The notes under the pieces: model-generated | Databases searched by the model: none | What the model saw: only the letters and a program-made list of their open reading frames with translations | What the model was told of the DNA's origin: nothing | Shown: in pieces, positions 19,784-30,118 of the stretch | Layout: every line of letters starts with the position of its first letter | Position numbering within the stretch: the stretch's first letter is position 1 | Position numbers and translations under genes: made by a program | Source: a virus | Length of the DNA: 64,000 nucleotides | Virus record (IMG/VR): IMGVR_UViG_3300037153_000606 | Strand: one strand, 5' to 3'

Positions 19784-20437
19784 TCACTTGCTGATGTCCT
19801 CGCGTTGCTCGTCGGTGAACGCCAGCGACTCCTCGGCGACGGACACCGACTGCCCACCGCCCCGCACGCCCCGATAGGCCGACACGTTCTGCGAGACGGT
19901 GGCGTAGGTGCCGATCATGTTGTTCTTGTCGAACACCGCCGAGGTGTTGGCGTTCATCCCGTAGGACTTGGCCGTCTCGATGGCGTTCTCGTCCGCGCCC
20001 AGGAAGATGAACTGCCAGCCGTAGTCGTTGCGCTGCTGGAGGATCAGCTTGCGGACCTGTTCGGCGGTCCACTCCTTCGAAGAGTTCTCCAGCCCGTCCG
20101 TGACGATCACCACGATGATGCTGGCGGGCCGCTTGTCCTCATCGAGCGCGGCCAGCCGCTCGCCCAGCTTGGTGCAGGTGAACCCGATCGCGTCCAGCAG
20201 CGCAGTCATGTTGCGCGGCACCAGCTGATAGGCCGGGGCCGACGACGCGGGCTTGTCGAGGTAGACCACGTCGTGCTTGTCATCGAACTGGCTCAACGAC
20301 ACCAGGCACTGTCCGGGCTGCTTGGCCTGCTCGGCGACGAAGCTGTTCCAGCCGCCTTCGGCGTCTTCGCGGATCGACTGCATCGACCCGGATCGGTCCA
20401 GGATGCCCTGGATGTAGGTGAGATTCTGGTCGGTCAT
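19784..20437 (-). CDS. von Willebrand factor A (vWA) domain protein
   Basis: MIDAS motif ILDRSGSM, TALLDAIG, IVTDGLENSS. Confidence 0.85.
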   Translation of the reverse strand: MTDQNLTYIQGILDRSGSMQSIREDAEGGWNSFVAEQAKQPGQCLVSLSQFDDKHDVVYLDKPASSAPAYQLVPRNMTALLDAIGFTCTKLGERLAALDEDKRPASIIVVIVTDGLENSSKEWTAEQVRKLILQQRNDYGWQFIFLGADENAIETAKSYGMNANTSAVFDKNNMIGTYATVSQNVSAYRGVRGGGQSVSVAEESLAFTDEQREDISK

Positions 20438-20841
20438 TTCTCGAACACCTCCGGGTGTTTGGTGTGCATGTGCCGTTCGACGTTGTCGAAATGCCTTCTA
20501 CAGTGCGGGCAGACGCCGTGCTCGGCGCGGGCGATCTGCTTCTTGGCCCGGGTCAGGTGACCACGGGTGGTGACGTGGCTGGCCCGTTCGGCACGCAGGT
20601 CCTCGTCCCGGTTGGCCACCCTGCGGTTGAGCCGTTCGATCTCGGCCCGGGCATCGCGCAGCTTCTCCTCATCCGACTTGGCGGTGTAGTGCTGCTGGTG
20701 CCCGGACGGGCAGTAGAACATCGCGTGCGACTTGCGCAATTCGCGCTGCATGTCTGCGGTGATCGCGAACAGCACCCCGCATTCGACGCAGCTCTCGGTG
20801 ACGAGGGTGACCTCCTCGATGATGGTGTGCCCGCGCATCAT
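20434..20841 (-). CDS. Zn-binding coiled-coil protein with C-terminal C2H2 motif
   Basis: CVEC, FYCPSGH, CPHC...HMHTKH. Confidence 0.75.
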   Translation of the reverse strand: MMRGHTIIEEVTLVTESCVECGVLFAITADMQRELRKSHAMFYCPSGHQQHYTAKSDEEKLRDARAEIERLNRRVANRDEDLRAERASHVTTRGHLTRAKKQIARAEHGVCPHCRRHFDNVERHMHTKHPEVFEK

Positions 20842-20863
20842 GACTCCTCCTTGTCCGTGGTGA

Positions 20864-21055
20864 TCATTGGTTGCGCACGTTCCATCTGATGACGGACGTG
20901 AGCGGGAACGTGGTCACTTCGCTGCCCTGGATGATGCGCAGCAGCCCGTCGCGTATGTCGTAACGCCATTCGTTGCCCGAGTAGGTGTAGTTGCTGGCCA
21001 GCGTGAACTCCTCGGTGCTGCCGTCGTTGAGCGTCACGATCAGCTTCTTGGTCAC
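20864..21055 (-). CDS. Small hypothetical protein
   Basis: GTG start with GAGGG RBS. Confidence 0.55.
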   Translation of the reverse strand: MTKKLIVTLNDGSTEEFTLASNYTYSGNEWRYDIRDGLLRIIQGSEVTTFPLTSVIRWNVRNQ

Positions 21056-21246
21056 TCGTCCCTCGCCAACCCTGGTATCGAGTGCAGGTTGGCATGGGAT
21101 GCGAGCACCTCGCGGATGGTCGGTTCGTGACCTTCGGCGAAGTGGGTCTGGCACCCGTCCGGATACCGCACGTGGATGCGCTTCTCGTCCAGCCGACCCG
21201 GTTTGCCGGGCAGCAACAACACGATGTCGAGCGGGTCCTCGGTCAT
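21052..21246 (-). CDS. Small hypothetical protein
   Basis: Part of a chain of coupled 4-nt overlaps. Confidence 0.55.
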   Translation of the reverse strand: MTEDPLDIVLLLPGKPGRLDEKRIHVRYPDGCQTHFAEGHEPTIREVLASHANLHSIPGLARDE

Positions 21247-21440
21247 GGGTTCTGTCCCAGCATCTCGGCAGTCACCTGCACGGGGTTCATCCGTGTGACC
21301 TCCAGCGACTCGTCGGTCTCGGTGATCGCGATCGGCTTGGTGTTTTGGTAACGCTCGATCGCGTCACCGAAACCCTCGGCCTTGACCACCCACGAGGTGC
21401 GGACCGTGATGGTTTTCGTGACCTGGAACTTGTCGGTCAT
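21243..21440 (-). CDS. Small hypothetical protein
   Basis: ATGA coupling (MTDKFQVT). Confidence 0.55.
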   Translation of the reverse strand: MTDKFQVTKTITVRTSWVVKAEGFGDAIERYQNTKPIAITETDESLEVTRMNPVQVTAEMLGQNP

Positions 21441-21751
21441 GACTGCACGCCTTGGCAATCCGGGCAGGTGTATCCGCCGTGCGGTCCACCGTGACAATCG
21501 CAGGAGGCAGGAGCTGCCGTTACCTTCAGTGCTTCGGCGACGGCCAGCAACTCACGCACGTCCGAATCGGTGGACCAGTCGTAATGCTTTCCCGCCGATG
21601 CGCGCTTGTGCCGTGCGATCACGCCGTCGATGTGCTTGGCCTGCGCTGCGTGATAGTTAGAGATCGCCCGGTTCGAGCCCTTCCACTCACGCACCATCTG
21701 CCGCTCCCACGCCGCGAGCGCGGTCAGCGTCGCCACCGGATCATCGGTCAT
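21437..21751 (-). CDS. Hypothetical protein (MTDDPVAT N-terminus)
   Basis: Shares its N-terminal sequence with neighbouring genes. Confidence 0.6.
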   Translation of the reverse strand: MTDDPVATLTALAAWERQMVREWKGSNRAISNYHAAQAKHIDGVIARHKRASAGKHYDWSTDSDVRELLAVAEALKVTAAPASCDCHGGPHGGYTCPDCQGVQS

Positions 21752-22004
21752 TACGTTGCCTCTGCTTCCGTCGCAACCGGCGCATCAGTTCGTCACCCTT
21801 CTTCTCTCCGGCCAACGTCCCGCGACGCAGTTCCACGCCGTCTTCATCCAGATAGACCTCTGGCGGTAGTTTGGCGACAGCCTCAGCTGCTGCGGGGAGA
21901 CTGTCGGCTGCGACGTAGAACACGCGCCTGCCGTACCAGTCGGCATCTTCAGAAATCCAGCTATCGACGGTGATCCGCCAGGTCGCCACCGGATCGTCAG
22001 TCAT
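21741..22004 (-). CDS. Hypothetical protein (MTDDPVAT N-terminus)
   Basis: ATGA coupling; shared N-terminus. Confidence 0.6.
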   Translation of the reverse strand: MTDDPVATWRITVDSWISEDADWYGRRVFYVAADSLPAAAEAVAKLPPEVYLDEDGVELRRGTLAGEKKGDELMRRLRRKQRQRNDR

Positions 22005-22228
22005 TGGCCCCGGTCCTTCCGAACCAGTTCGCGTTGCTTGAAATCTTCGAGCGCTCTCTTTCCCCGTGTGCGGGACTTGATCCGATCGGCAACACGCCAC
22101 TGCGCGCGGGCCAGCGTCATGAGGTAGAACGCCAGCGCTTCGTGGTACTCCGGTGTGCCGTAACCGAGGTCGTTGATGGCCTGTTCGATCTGGGCGACAG
22201 TCGGTGCCGCCACCGGGTCGGCAGTCAT
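22001..22228 (-). CDS. Hypothetical protein (MTADPVAA N-terminus)
   Basis: ATGA coupling and RBS GGGAG. Confidence 0.6.
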   Translation of the reverse strand: MTADPVAAPTVAQIEQAINDLGYGTPEYHEALAFYLMTLARAQWRVADRIKSRTRGKRALEDFKQRELVRKDRGQ

Positions 22229-22440
22229 TGCTTGCTCCCCGGTCGAGGGATCAGCTCAAGGTCGATGAACGTGCCATCCCGGGCAACCCGGTACGACCGG
22301 AGCGTCATCGCCGGACCCAGGCCGTTGATGTCCGCACCGATTTGACGGTCGAGGCAACCAGGCGCGAACACCTCACCGTCGGCGGCCTGCCAACGTATCT
22401 GAACACTGTGCGTGAACGTCACCGGGTCGCTCATGTCCAC
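22225..22440 (-). CDS. Small hypothetical protein
   Basis: Coupled ORF. Confidence 0.5.
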   Translation of the reverse strand: MDMSDPVTFTHSVQIRWQAADGEVFAPGCLDRQIGADINGLGPAMTLRSYRVARDGTFIDLELIPRPGSKQ

Positions 22441-22664
22441 ACCATCCCGGGTCCGTAGTACCCGAGCTGTTCATCCAGGTCGGCACGGTGCTGCTCGCGG
22501 ATCGGATGTGCATCCCAGTCCCGGTCGACGCAGTCTTCGGGTGCCGATACGAGGTAGTAGCTCAGGTGCGCGTTGTCATACCAGTGCATGAACCGGTTCT
22601 TGTCCCGGAACGGCCCGGCTCCGCAGTCCTCCTCGGCGCAGACGAACCACTCCTCGTCAGGCAT
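22431..22664 (-). CDS. Small Cys/His protein (C2H2-like)
   Basis: CAEEDC...HWYDNAH; RBS GGAGGG. Confidence 0.5.
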   Translation of the reverse strand: MPDEEWFVCAEEDCGAGPFRDKNRFMHWYDNAHLSYYLVSAPEDCVDRDWDAHPIREQHRADLDEQLGYYGPGMVWT

Positions 22665-22932
22665 GGTTGATCCGGCCCTCCGGGTTGAGCAACCGCAACG
22701 CCTCGGCCACGGCCAGTGCCTTCCGCACGTCCGGGCAAGGCATATCGACATCGCCACACCAGGAGCAACGCCATTGGTCGAGCGGTCGGTGCCGTTCGGC
22801 GATGCTCTCGACCAACTCGCTCAGCGCCTTCAGCCCGCGCCGGTCGTTCTGCAGGTGCACCCCTTTGGACCACCGGCGCAGATAGGTGGCGAGGTGGGTC
22901 AGCGTGGCGGTGATGTCGACGTCGTCAGTCAT
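22657..22932 (-). CDS. Hypothetical protein
   Basis: H...CSWC...PC motif common in phage small proteins. Confidence 0.55.
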   Translation of the reverse strand: MTDDVDITATLTHLATYLRRWSKGVHLQNDRRGLKALSELVESIAERHRPLDQWRCSWCGDVDMPCPDVRKALAVAEALRLLNPEGRINHA

Positions 22933-23125
22933 TGGCCCAGATCACCGGTTCACCGAAGTCATCGAAACGCACCCGGCCGCCCGCCTCGATATAGCGCTTC
23001 GCGCCACGCTGCTCGCCGTGGACCAGCACCAGCGCCTGTGCGAGCGCCAACTCCTCCATGGCGGTCGCCAACAGCTCGACACGCTCCGGCCGGGAGGAGA
23101 GGTTGGCGATGCGTACCCAGCTCAT
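22925..23125 (-). CDS. Small hypothetical protein
   Basis: Coupled ORF. Confidence 0.5.
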   Translation of the reverse strand: MSWVRIANLSSRPERVELLATAMEELALAQALVLVHGEQRGAKRYIEAGGRVRFDDFGEPVIWAND

Positions 23126-23363
23126 CGCGGATCCGGGTCACGCGGAGGGCGGTCGCCGAACATGATGCGCCACGACGCACGATGGTTCTCGTAGACGTGC
23201 CAGGACGCCTCGCGCCCGGCCTGGTCACGGGTCGGCCACTCGTAGGAGCGCCATCCGCAGATCTGGCAGGTGCTGTGTGCCACCGGTCAGTTCTCCGGGT
23301 CCACGAGTTCGGCCGTCACGTCCGGGGTGAAGTCCGGTACCTCGATCTTCTGGGTGCTCATGC

Positions 23364-23594
23364 TCACCCCGCGTTGAGGTCGTCGGCGAACTGGTACCAG
23401 CAGCGTTGTGAGCAGACCGTGCCGTCGGACCAGGCCTCGGTGAGCTGGTAGGGCTCTCCGCAGTTGGCACACTTCGCCCACCGCTCACCACGGTCCCGGA
23501 TGCCTATGTTGATGTACGCGTATCTCTTGTGGATGGGGTGTGCGGTCGGGTCAGCCAGGATCGCGTCCGGGTCATAACCGGCGTCGTTTGCCAC
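23364..23594 (-). CDS. Small Zn-ribbon protein
   Basis: CANC...VCSQRC. Confidence 0.55.
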   Translation of the reverse strand: MANDAGYDPDAILADPTAHPIHKRYAYINIGIRDRGERWAKCANCGEPYQLTEAWSDGTVCSQRCWYQFADDLNAG

Positions 23595-23639
23595 GAGGTA
23601 AGCCTTCCGACGTAATGGGTTGTGCGTTGTCCCGTGAGA

Positions 23640-23858
23640 CTATCCCCAACCCGGGCTCTGCGGCACCCGGAACATCTTCGCCCGCGCCACCAGCAGGTGC
23701 AGCTTGGCCAGTTCCAGCTTCGGCACCACCCCGGGCACCTCGTCGTCCTGGTTGCGGGCGTACCAGTTGCCGTTCTCCACCTGTGCGATCAGCTCACAGG
23801 CGTGCCGGATGTGCTCGTTGGGCCGCCAGGCGGCGATGTCCACGTCAGACTTGGTCAT
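23640..23858 (-). CDS. Small hypothetical protein
   Basis: ATG (MTKSDVD) coupled to the upstream gene. Confidence 0.5.
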   Translation of the reverse strand: MTKSDVDIAAWRPNEHIRHACELIAQVENGNWYARNQDDEVPGVVPKLELAKLHLLVARAKMFRVPQSPGWG

Positions 23859-24109
23859 ATCGGTGGTTCTTCCCGCCTGCCGGTGATCATCTGGCCGACT
23901 TGAGAATCCCACCACCCGCACCGGTAGGCCAGCACCGTACGGCGGTGCATCAGCATCACCGCGCTCCCCAGCAGCACCAGGAGCACAGTTGCCAGCCATT
24001 GCCTGTTGACGGCGTTGATCACGGCCGCGACCAGGCACGTCGCCAGCACCACGCACGAGCCGATCAGGCTGAACCGGAACGGGAAAGAGGGCTTGACCGG
24101 ATCTCCCAT
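23855..24109 (-). CDS. Two-TM membrane protein
   Basis: Two hydrophobic helices. Confidence 0.55.
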   Translation of the reverse strand: MGDPVKPSFPFRFSLIGSCVVLATCLVAAVINAVNRQWLATVLLVLLGSAVMLMHRRTVLAYRCGWWDSQVGQMITGRREEPPI

Positions 24110-24212
24110 CCGGTCAGTCTGACCGAATCCTGCCGGGTGACCTCGTGAGCGGGCGGAAGCAGGGGACGGTCCAGTGCGACACTCGCTGGTCGCCGGGTGA
24201 GGGAGGTACGCG

Positions 24213-24560
24213 GTGGCCGAGCCCAAGGTGGCCGCGTTGTTGGAGCGCCGGTGCCGGGCCCGGGTGGAGCGTTTCCGGATCCGGGGACGCGGCCGGTGTA
24301 TCTACCCACAGCTGCATTCGGGTGATCACGGCGTGGTGCGACGCAAGCAGACCTTCCGGTGGTCCACCAGGTGGGTCGTGCCGGTCGACAACCGGCATGT
24401 CGACGATCTGGCCAGGACCTTTCACGCCGCCTACGGCGAGGCGTCCCGCAACACCGGCTGGGGCGGTCCCGGGTGGCAGGCCTGGGATGTGCTGCCCGAG
24501 GCCGGGCGGGAAGCGACCCGGACCGGCGTGTTGGCACTGTTGCGTGAACTGGACCCGTAA
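24213..24560 (+). CDS. Hypothetical protein
   Basis: RBS GGAGG; TAATG coupling to the next gene. Confidence 0.55.
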   Translation: MAEPKVAALLERRCRARVERFRIRGRGRCIYPQLHSGDHGVVRRKQTFRWSTRWVVPVDNRHVDDLARTFHAAYGEASRNTGWGGPGWQAWDVLPEAGREATRTGVLALLRELDP

Positions 24561-25045
24561 TGCTCACCGTACTGGCCGCCGATCCGGCCACCGCGACATC
24601 GGTCACCGCCACCATCGTCGCCATTGCCACCGGTGCGGGCGCGATCGTGACGGCGATCGGCGGTGTCCTGCTGGCCATCCGCACCGTGCGGTCCCGGGAA
24701 CGGATGGCCGCACAGAAGGAGACCGATCAGATCATCGGCGAGATGGCCTACGTGGAGGACCTACTCGCCTGGGAACGCTCCGAACGGGTCGACGTGGAAA
24801 CCTGGGCGCACCAGATGAGCCTGGACATGGCACGGGCGAACATGCCCATCCCACCGCCGCCGATGTCCCGGCCACGCCCGAAACGCTCGATGCACAAGAA
24901 GGACGACGACGGCGGCAAGCAAGGAGGCGATGATGAGCCCGACGAACCTGGCACTGGCGGTGCTGAAGACTCCGGTGATCGCGTTCCTGATGGCGGGGAT
25001 ACTGGGGGCAACGTGCATCGGTTCCGTCGTCGTAGCAGCGGCTAA
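24560..25045 (+). CDS. Membrane protein
   Basis: N-terminal TM segment, charged C-terminus. Confidence 0.6.
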   Translation: MLTVLAADPATATSVTATIVAIATGAGAIVTAIGGVLLAIRTVRSRERMAAQKETDQIIGEMAYVEDLLAWERSERVDVETWAHQMSLDMARANMPIPPPPMSRPRPKRSMHKKDDDGGKQGGDDEPDEPGTGGAEDSGDRVPDGGDTGGNVHRFRRRSSG

Positions 25046-25709
25046 CGCCACCCCGGAGACCAAGATCGGTCCCACCGGCCCTGCCGGACCCACCGGGCCA
25101 TCGGGTTCCCGGGGACCGACCGGGCCTGCCGGTCCCACCGGTTCGCCGGGACCGACGGGTCCCACCGGAGCGAAAGGCTCGCGAGGACCGACCGGAGTGA
25201 CCGGCCTGCAGGGTCTGCCCGGCGGTCAGGGAGTTCCGGGAGTCCAAGGTATCGCGGGTGCGCAGGGGCAACAGGGACCGGCCGGTCCGCGCGGAGCCAC
25301 CGGCCCTCGCGGCAGTCGCGGGCCGCGCGGTGCGACCGGCAGTACGGGGCCACGCGGCCCGGCGGGCCCGAAAGGCTCTCCCGGCCCTACTGGTCCTGCC
25401 GGAATCACCGTGGTGGAGGGCATCGTCAACGCTGACGGGTCGGTGAACACCGGCACCGGGTACACCGTCACCGTGCTCGGGCCCGGCCGGTACCAGCTGA
25501 ACTTCACCACCCCGTTCAAGGGCGTGCCGACCGTGCTGGTGACCAACGTGTACGGCTCGATCGGCGTGGATGCCGGGGCCGGGGTGCAGCCCGCGCAGAA
25601 CGCCGTGGTCGACCAGGCCACCGCCGGTTTCGCGCTGGTCGCCACCGGCGACGCGAACGGTGTCCCGTCCGCCGAGAGCTTCGGCTTCATGGCGCTCACC
25701 AAGCCGTGA
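24930..25709 (+). CDS. Collagen-like protein with N-terminal signal/TM segment
   Basis: Long GXY run; hydrophobic N-terminus; RBS AGGAGG. Confidence 0.75.
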   Translation: MMSPTNLALAVLKTPVIAFLMAGILGATCIGSVVVAAANATPETKIGPTGPAGPTGPSGSRGPTGPAGPTGSPGPTGPTGAKGSRGPTGVTGLQGLPGGQGVPGVQGIAGAQGQQGPAGPRGATGPRGSRGPRGATGSTGPRGPAGPKGSPGPTGPAGITVVEGIVNADGSVNTGTGYTVTVLGPGRYQLNFTTPFKGVPTVLVTNVYGSIGVDAGAGVQPAQNAVVDQATAGFALVATGDANGVPSAESFGFMALTKP

Positions 25710-25886
25710 CGACCTTGGCGTGGCAGCAGCCCGCAGTCGCGATCCTGTTCATCTCGTTGGCGATCATCGTCGGGGTCGGCATCGTCTTCCTCATCGCAGT
25801 GGTCGTGATAACCCGAAGGCAGAGGCGTTTCGAGCGGCGCATCGAACGCCGCACTCGGGAATGGCGTCTGCCACCGCCGAAGTAAC

Positions 25887-26630
25887 GTGACCACGCCGCC
25901 GGTGCATGCCCCCAGCTACTCGCTGGTGAGCCAGCCGCTGGAGCTGACCGTCCAGTCCGGTGCCGACTGGACCACCACGATGGCGGTGTACTCCTACGAC
26001 GGCATCACCCCGCTGGCGGTGGACGACCCGGTGCTGGAGATGCGCCGGGACCGCACCCCGAACTCGCAGCTGCTGGCCCACCTGGACTCCTCCGGCCAGG
26101 CCGACGGCACCATCGTCATCGGCACCGACTTGGTCTGGCACCTGTCGATGAGCGCGGCGACGACCGCCCAGATCCCCACCGGGCGCGGCTTCTGGGACGC
26201 GTTCGGCACGGTGTCCGGGCAGCAGCTGCTGATCGCCTCCGGCGTGGTGCTGGTGCAGCCCCGGGTCACCGGCACCACCACCAGCTACGTCCCGCCGACC
26301 CCGCCTCCGCCGCCGATCGTGGTGGACACCCAGCCGACCGAGGTCGACCTGGTCTTCCCGGCCGGGGACGACCTGTACCTGGACCTGGCGCTCACCGAGG
26401 ACGACGGCTCACCGGCCGACCTGTCCTCCTCCTCCGCGACCGCCGTGGTCACCACATCGACCGGCCAGGTGCTGGCCAGCTTCGACACCTCGATCACCGA
26501 CAACATCGTGCATCTGCACCTGGCCGCCGCCGACACGCAAGATCTCCCCGCCTCGGCGAGGTGGAAGTGCACGGTCACCGCGCCGGACGAGGTCGAGACG
26601 GTGGCGGCCGGAAGCGTGCGGGCGACCTGA
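25887..26630 (+). CDS. Virion-associated protein with two similar beta-rich repeats
   Basis: Two LxxxxGxD...HLxLxAxxTxxLP repeats. Confidence 0.6.
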   Translation: MTTPPVHAPSYSLVSQPLELTVQSGADWTTTMAVYSYDGITPLAVDDPVLEMRRDRTPNSQLLAHLDSSGQADGTIVIGTDLVWHLSMSAATTAQIPTGRGFWDAFGTVSGQQLLIASGVVLVQPRVTGTTTSYVPPTPPPPPIVVDTQPTEVDLVFPAGDDLYLDLALTEDDGSPADLSSSSATAVVTTSTGQVLASFDTSITDNIVHLHLAAADTQDLPASARWKCTVTAPDEVETVAAGSVRAT

Positions 26631-27775
26631 TGGCCCGCCACGTTGTCGTCACCACCCCGGAGGACAAGACCGCCTTCCCGTACACCCCGGGACCGCAGGG
26701 TCCACCCGGTCCGCCCGGGCCACAGGGCGATCCGGGCCCTACCGGTGATCCGGGCCCGACCGGACCCCAGGGTGCCACCGGCCCGGCAGGCCCGGCCGGT
26801 CCGAAGGGCGCGGACTCGACCGTTCCGGGCCCGCAGGGTGTCATGGGCCCGCAAGGCCCGGTGGGGCCACAGGGCCCGAAAGGTGCCGACTCCACCGTCC
26901 CGGGGCCGCAAGGCATTCAGGGCCCTGCCGGTGCGACAGGCCCTACAGGGCCGACCGGGGCCGACTCGACGGTGCCCGGCCCGACCGGCCCGGTAGGTGC
27001 CACGGGGTCCACTGGGCCGCAGGGACCGAAAGGGGACACAGGTTCCCCCGGTGCCCAGGGCCCGCAAGGTGCCACCGGCAGCCAGGGACCGACTGGTGCG
27101 ACCGGGCCCCAGGGTCTGCAGGGGCCGAAAGGAGACACCGGCGACACCGGTCCGCAAGGACCGTCCGGGTCGTCCTCGAACCTGTTCTTCTACCAGTTCT
27201 CCACGTCCACATCCGAACCGCCGACCGGCAGCCAGATCAGGCTGAACGCCTCCGACCAACTGGCTGCCACCAAGATGTGGGTGGTCAACACCACCACGGA
27301 CGGGCTGGACGCCTCGGTCCTTTTCAGCCAGGCGGACGCGACATCACGGCTGTACCTGCAGGACGCGGACGACCACACCAAGTACCAGGTCTACAACCTG
27401 ACCGACGTCGGCATTGCCAAGAGCGGCTACTTCGAGTTCCCGATCAACTGGAACCGTGGTGGCAGTGCACTCACCGCGCAGAAGGTCGTGTTGGGTGTCG
27501 TCAACACCGGGGCACAGGGTCCACAGGGACCACAAGGACCGAAAGGCGACACGGGGGCCACCGGGTCGACCGGTGCGACGGGACCTGCTGGTGCCACCGG
27601 TCCGGCCGGTCAGAGTGCGGGGATGTACGCGATCCGCTACACCGGCACCCAGCCGCTACGCAACACGGTCACCTCCGACACCACCGCGCCGGTGTTCTGG
27701 TACGCCGCCACCGCGCCGACCATCGGTTCCGGGTACGCCATCTCCGGGCTCGACTACTGGGTGCCCACAGCCTGA
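26630..27775 (+). CDS. Collagen-like tail/fibre protein
   Basis: GXY runs with repeated GADSTVPGP. Confidence 0.75.
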   Translation: MARHVVVTTPEDKTAFPYTPGPQGPPGPPGPQGDPGPTGDPGPTGPQGATGPAGPAGPKGADSTVPGPQGVMGPQGPVGPQGPKGADSTVPGPQGIQGPAGATGPTGPTGADSTVPGPTGPVGATGSTGPQGPKGDTGSPGAQGPQGATGSQGPTGATGPQGLQGPKGDTGDTGPQGPSGSSSNLFFYQFSTSTSEPPTGSQIRLNASDQLAATKMWVVNTTTDGLDASVLFSQADATSRLYLQDADDHTKYQVYNLTDVGIAKSGYFEFPINWNRGGSALTAQKVVLGVVNTGAQGPQGPQGPKGDTGATGSTGATGPAGATGPAGQSAGMYAIRYTGTQPLRNTVTSDTTAPVFWYAATAPTIGSGYAISGLDYWVPTA

Positions 27776-29097
27776 TGGTCGTTTACACGGTCTTCAACCA
27801 GGCCAGTGTCGGTATCACGTCCAGCGCCGGGGATACCTCCGGCTACACCATGGCGATGACCTTCAAGGTCATCCAGGCCGCCGCGCTCACCGGTATCTGG
27901 TTCTTCTCGCCGCCGGGTGCGGCGCACCTGCCGGTCACCTGCGGGGTGATGCGCGACTCGGACCAGGCCACCGTCGCGGTGAACAGCGCCCCGTCCTGGT
28001 CCGGCGCGGCAGGCTCCGGCTGGGTGAAATGCAGTTTCGACGGCTCGGTCACGCTGTCCCCGGCGCAGAGCTACAAGGCGTGCATCGTCGCCCATTCCGG
28101 GTTCGACACCTACGGCGCGTCGGCGTTCTACTGGTCCGGTGCCGGGGCGGGCGCGAACGGGATCGTCAACGGGCCGCTGTACGCACCGGGCGCGGCGTAT
28201 GCCAGCCCCGGCCAGGACTCGTTCGTCGGGCAGTCGACCGACACGCTGAGCTTCCCGACCGGCTCGTTCCACGACGGCAACTACGGCATCGACGTCGAGA
28301 TCAGTGCCACCGTCGTGCCGTCCACGACGACACTGCTGGCCGCGTACTCCTTCGACGCCTCCAACGGTGCCGACGACTCCGGCAACGGGCACACCCTGAC
28401 CGACACGACCGGCGGGCACGTCAGCTTCGTCACCGGTAAGGACGGCACCGGCAAGGCGATGCATGGTGATGGTGCCGGTGGGTTGGGTGCGGTGTCGTTC
28501 GGGCAGGCTGACTCGACCTCCTGGCTGAATTCGTCGGTCGGTGACCAGATCACGATCATGGCCTGGGCGAGCGTCAGTCCCGACGAGCACCCGGTCATCT
28601 CCTGCGGCAATACGGCGGACTGGGTCGACAACCTCGCATTGTGGATCATCGGCGGCAACATGTACGTGCTGGTGCCTGACTCCACTGCGTCACAGGCCAC
28701 CCACGGAAGCTTCACCGCGAACACCTGGACCCACTTCGCCGTGGTCTACAACTCGGTGACCGGGGTGGTGCTGCTCTACATCAACGCCATCCTCGCGGCG
28801 GACACCGTGATCTCCGGCGTACTGAACTTCCCCAGCGCGAAATTCACCGTCGGCACCACCGCCGTCTACACCAGCGACAGTGTGGTCAACGGTTCGGTCG
28901 ACGATGTCCGGGTCTACCACGGTGCCTTGACTGCGGCCCAGATCGCGACCTGCATGAACACCTCGGTCGGTACCAAGGCCGACCCGCTGGTGACGGTGGA
29001 TCTCAAGCGCGCCACCGGTTCGGGATGGGCAGACACCGGGATGCAACTGGCCGGGTCGAGCGGCTGGGCGTCGGTGAAGGCACCCAAGCCGCTCTGA
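27775..29097 (+). CDS. DUF4082-like plus LamG (concanavalin A-like) domain protein
   Basis: NYGIDVE; NTWTHFAVVYN...LYIN...GSVDDVRVYHGALT. Confidence 0.75.
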   Translation: MVVYTVFNQASVGITSSAGDTSGYTMAMTFKVIQAAALTGIWFFSPPGAAHLPVTCGVMRDSDQATVAVNSAPSWSGAAGSGWVKCSFDGSVTLSPAQSYKACIVAHSGFDTYGASAFYWSGAGAGANGIVNGPLYAPGAAYASPGQDSFVGQSTDTLSFPTGSFHDGNYGIDVEISATVVPSTTTLLAAYSFDASNGADDSGNGHTLTDTTGGHVSFVTGKDGTGKAMHGDGAGGLGAVSFGQADSTSWLNSSVGDQITIMAWASVSPDEHPVISCGNTADWVDNLALWIIGGNMYVLVPDSTASQATHGSFTANTWTHFAVVYNSVTGVVLLYINAILAADTVISGVLNFPSAKFTVGTTAVYTSDSVVNGSVDDVRVYHGALTAAQIATCMNTSVGTKADPLVTVDLKRATGSGWADTGMQLAGSSGWASVKAPKPL

Positions 29098-29098
29098 C

Positions 29099-29236
29099 TC
29101 ACGAGTGGATGCGGATCTTCTTCGGCAACGGGTGTTTCTTGTCCTCGTCGGGGAGGTATTTCTCGATCAGCCTGGCGAGGATGATGAAGAAGAAACTCGA
29201 ACCGGTCATGACGATCGAGGTGAGGGCGTCACTCAT
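29099..29236 (-). CDS. Small membrane protein (45 aa)
   Basis: RBS GGAG; MSDALTSIVMTGSSFFFIILARL. Confidence 0.5.
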   Translation of the reverse strand: MSDALTSIVMTGSSFFFIILARLIEKYLPDEDKKHPLPKKIRIHS

Positions 29237-29516
29237 TGCACTTGCTCCACAGCATTTGGGGGATTCCACGGAACCCGGCAGTGCACATGGAGTCCAGGTT
29301 GATCCGGGCAGGGCTGCAGCATATGTCGTCCCAGCCGCTCGATTGAACAAAGATTTTACAAGTGGAGCAAGATCCTCTAAAGACAGCCCGGGACGGCAGT
29401 CCTCTAGACCAATTCACAGGCGTCTGCGGCCTGGTTGGTCGATCAACGAAACCGCAAGTGTGACCTCCGCCACAATGAGATCACTGCGGCAACGGGCCCG
29501 GATTCGTCGAACCGTT

Positions 29517-29522
29517 TAGAAT
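29517..29522 (+). promoter_or_regulatory. Putative -10 hexamer TAGAAT for the orphan guide array
   Basis: Ends 12 nt upstream of the first GGC; no convincing -35. Confidence 0.45.
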
Positions 29523-29534
29523 GATGCCGCCCAT

Positions 29535-30087
29535 GGCACGGCTTGGCCGGGCATGCCTTGGCGCGGTTTGGTTCGGCAGTCAGGGCGCGGCCTGGCCCGG
29601 CGCGGCTGGTCAAGGCTTGGCCTGGCATGGCAGGCGCGGCAACGGCTAGGCAGGGCTTGGCCGGGTTTGGTCAGGCTTGGCATGGCAGGCAAGGCGGGGC
29701 CCGGTTAGGTACGGCGAGTTAGGGCGGGGCAGGGCACGGCAGTCGCGGCAAGGCTAGTTAGGGTTCGGCCGGGCTTGGCCGGGTTTGTCAGGGCAGTCGT
29801 GGTTCGGCCCGGTTCGGCTAGTCGGGGCCTGGTTGGGCACGGCAGGCATGGTACGGCTTGGCGAGGCATGGCAACGCAAGGCGAGGCGCGGCAGTCGGGG
29901 TTTGGCTTGTCGCGGCCAGGCACGGTCCGTCCCGGCTCGGTAGTCGTGGTGCGGCTGGGTCCGGCAGGGCTAGGTGCGGCGCGGTGCGGCAGCCGTGGTT
30001 GGGCATGGTTCGGCAAGTCCAGGCTAGGCAGGTCGCGGCAGGCAAGGGCAGGGTCTGGCGGGTTAGGGCGCGGTTGGGCGTGGCAGG
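29535..30087 (+). ncRNA. Orphan GGY-NN pentamer guide array (11 units of about 8-10 pentamers)
   Basis: 5-nt period with GGCA(G) phase shifts every 49-55 nt; flanked by TAGAAT and a hairpin; same grammar as the array next to the RAMP-like gene. Confidence 0.8.
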
Positions 30088-30118
30088 GCCCCGGTTCTTC
30101 ACTAAGTGGAACCGGGGC
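30088..30118 (+). terminator. Hairpin closing the orphan array
   Basis: 10-bp stem GCCCCGGTTC / GAACCGGGGC. Confidence 0.6.

Noticed and set aside
25060-27610. Collagen GXY repeats as further guide arrays
   Set aside because: The period is 9 nt and in frame with Gly-X-Y; this is an ordinary protein repeat.
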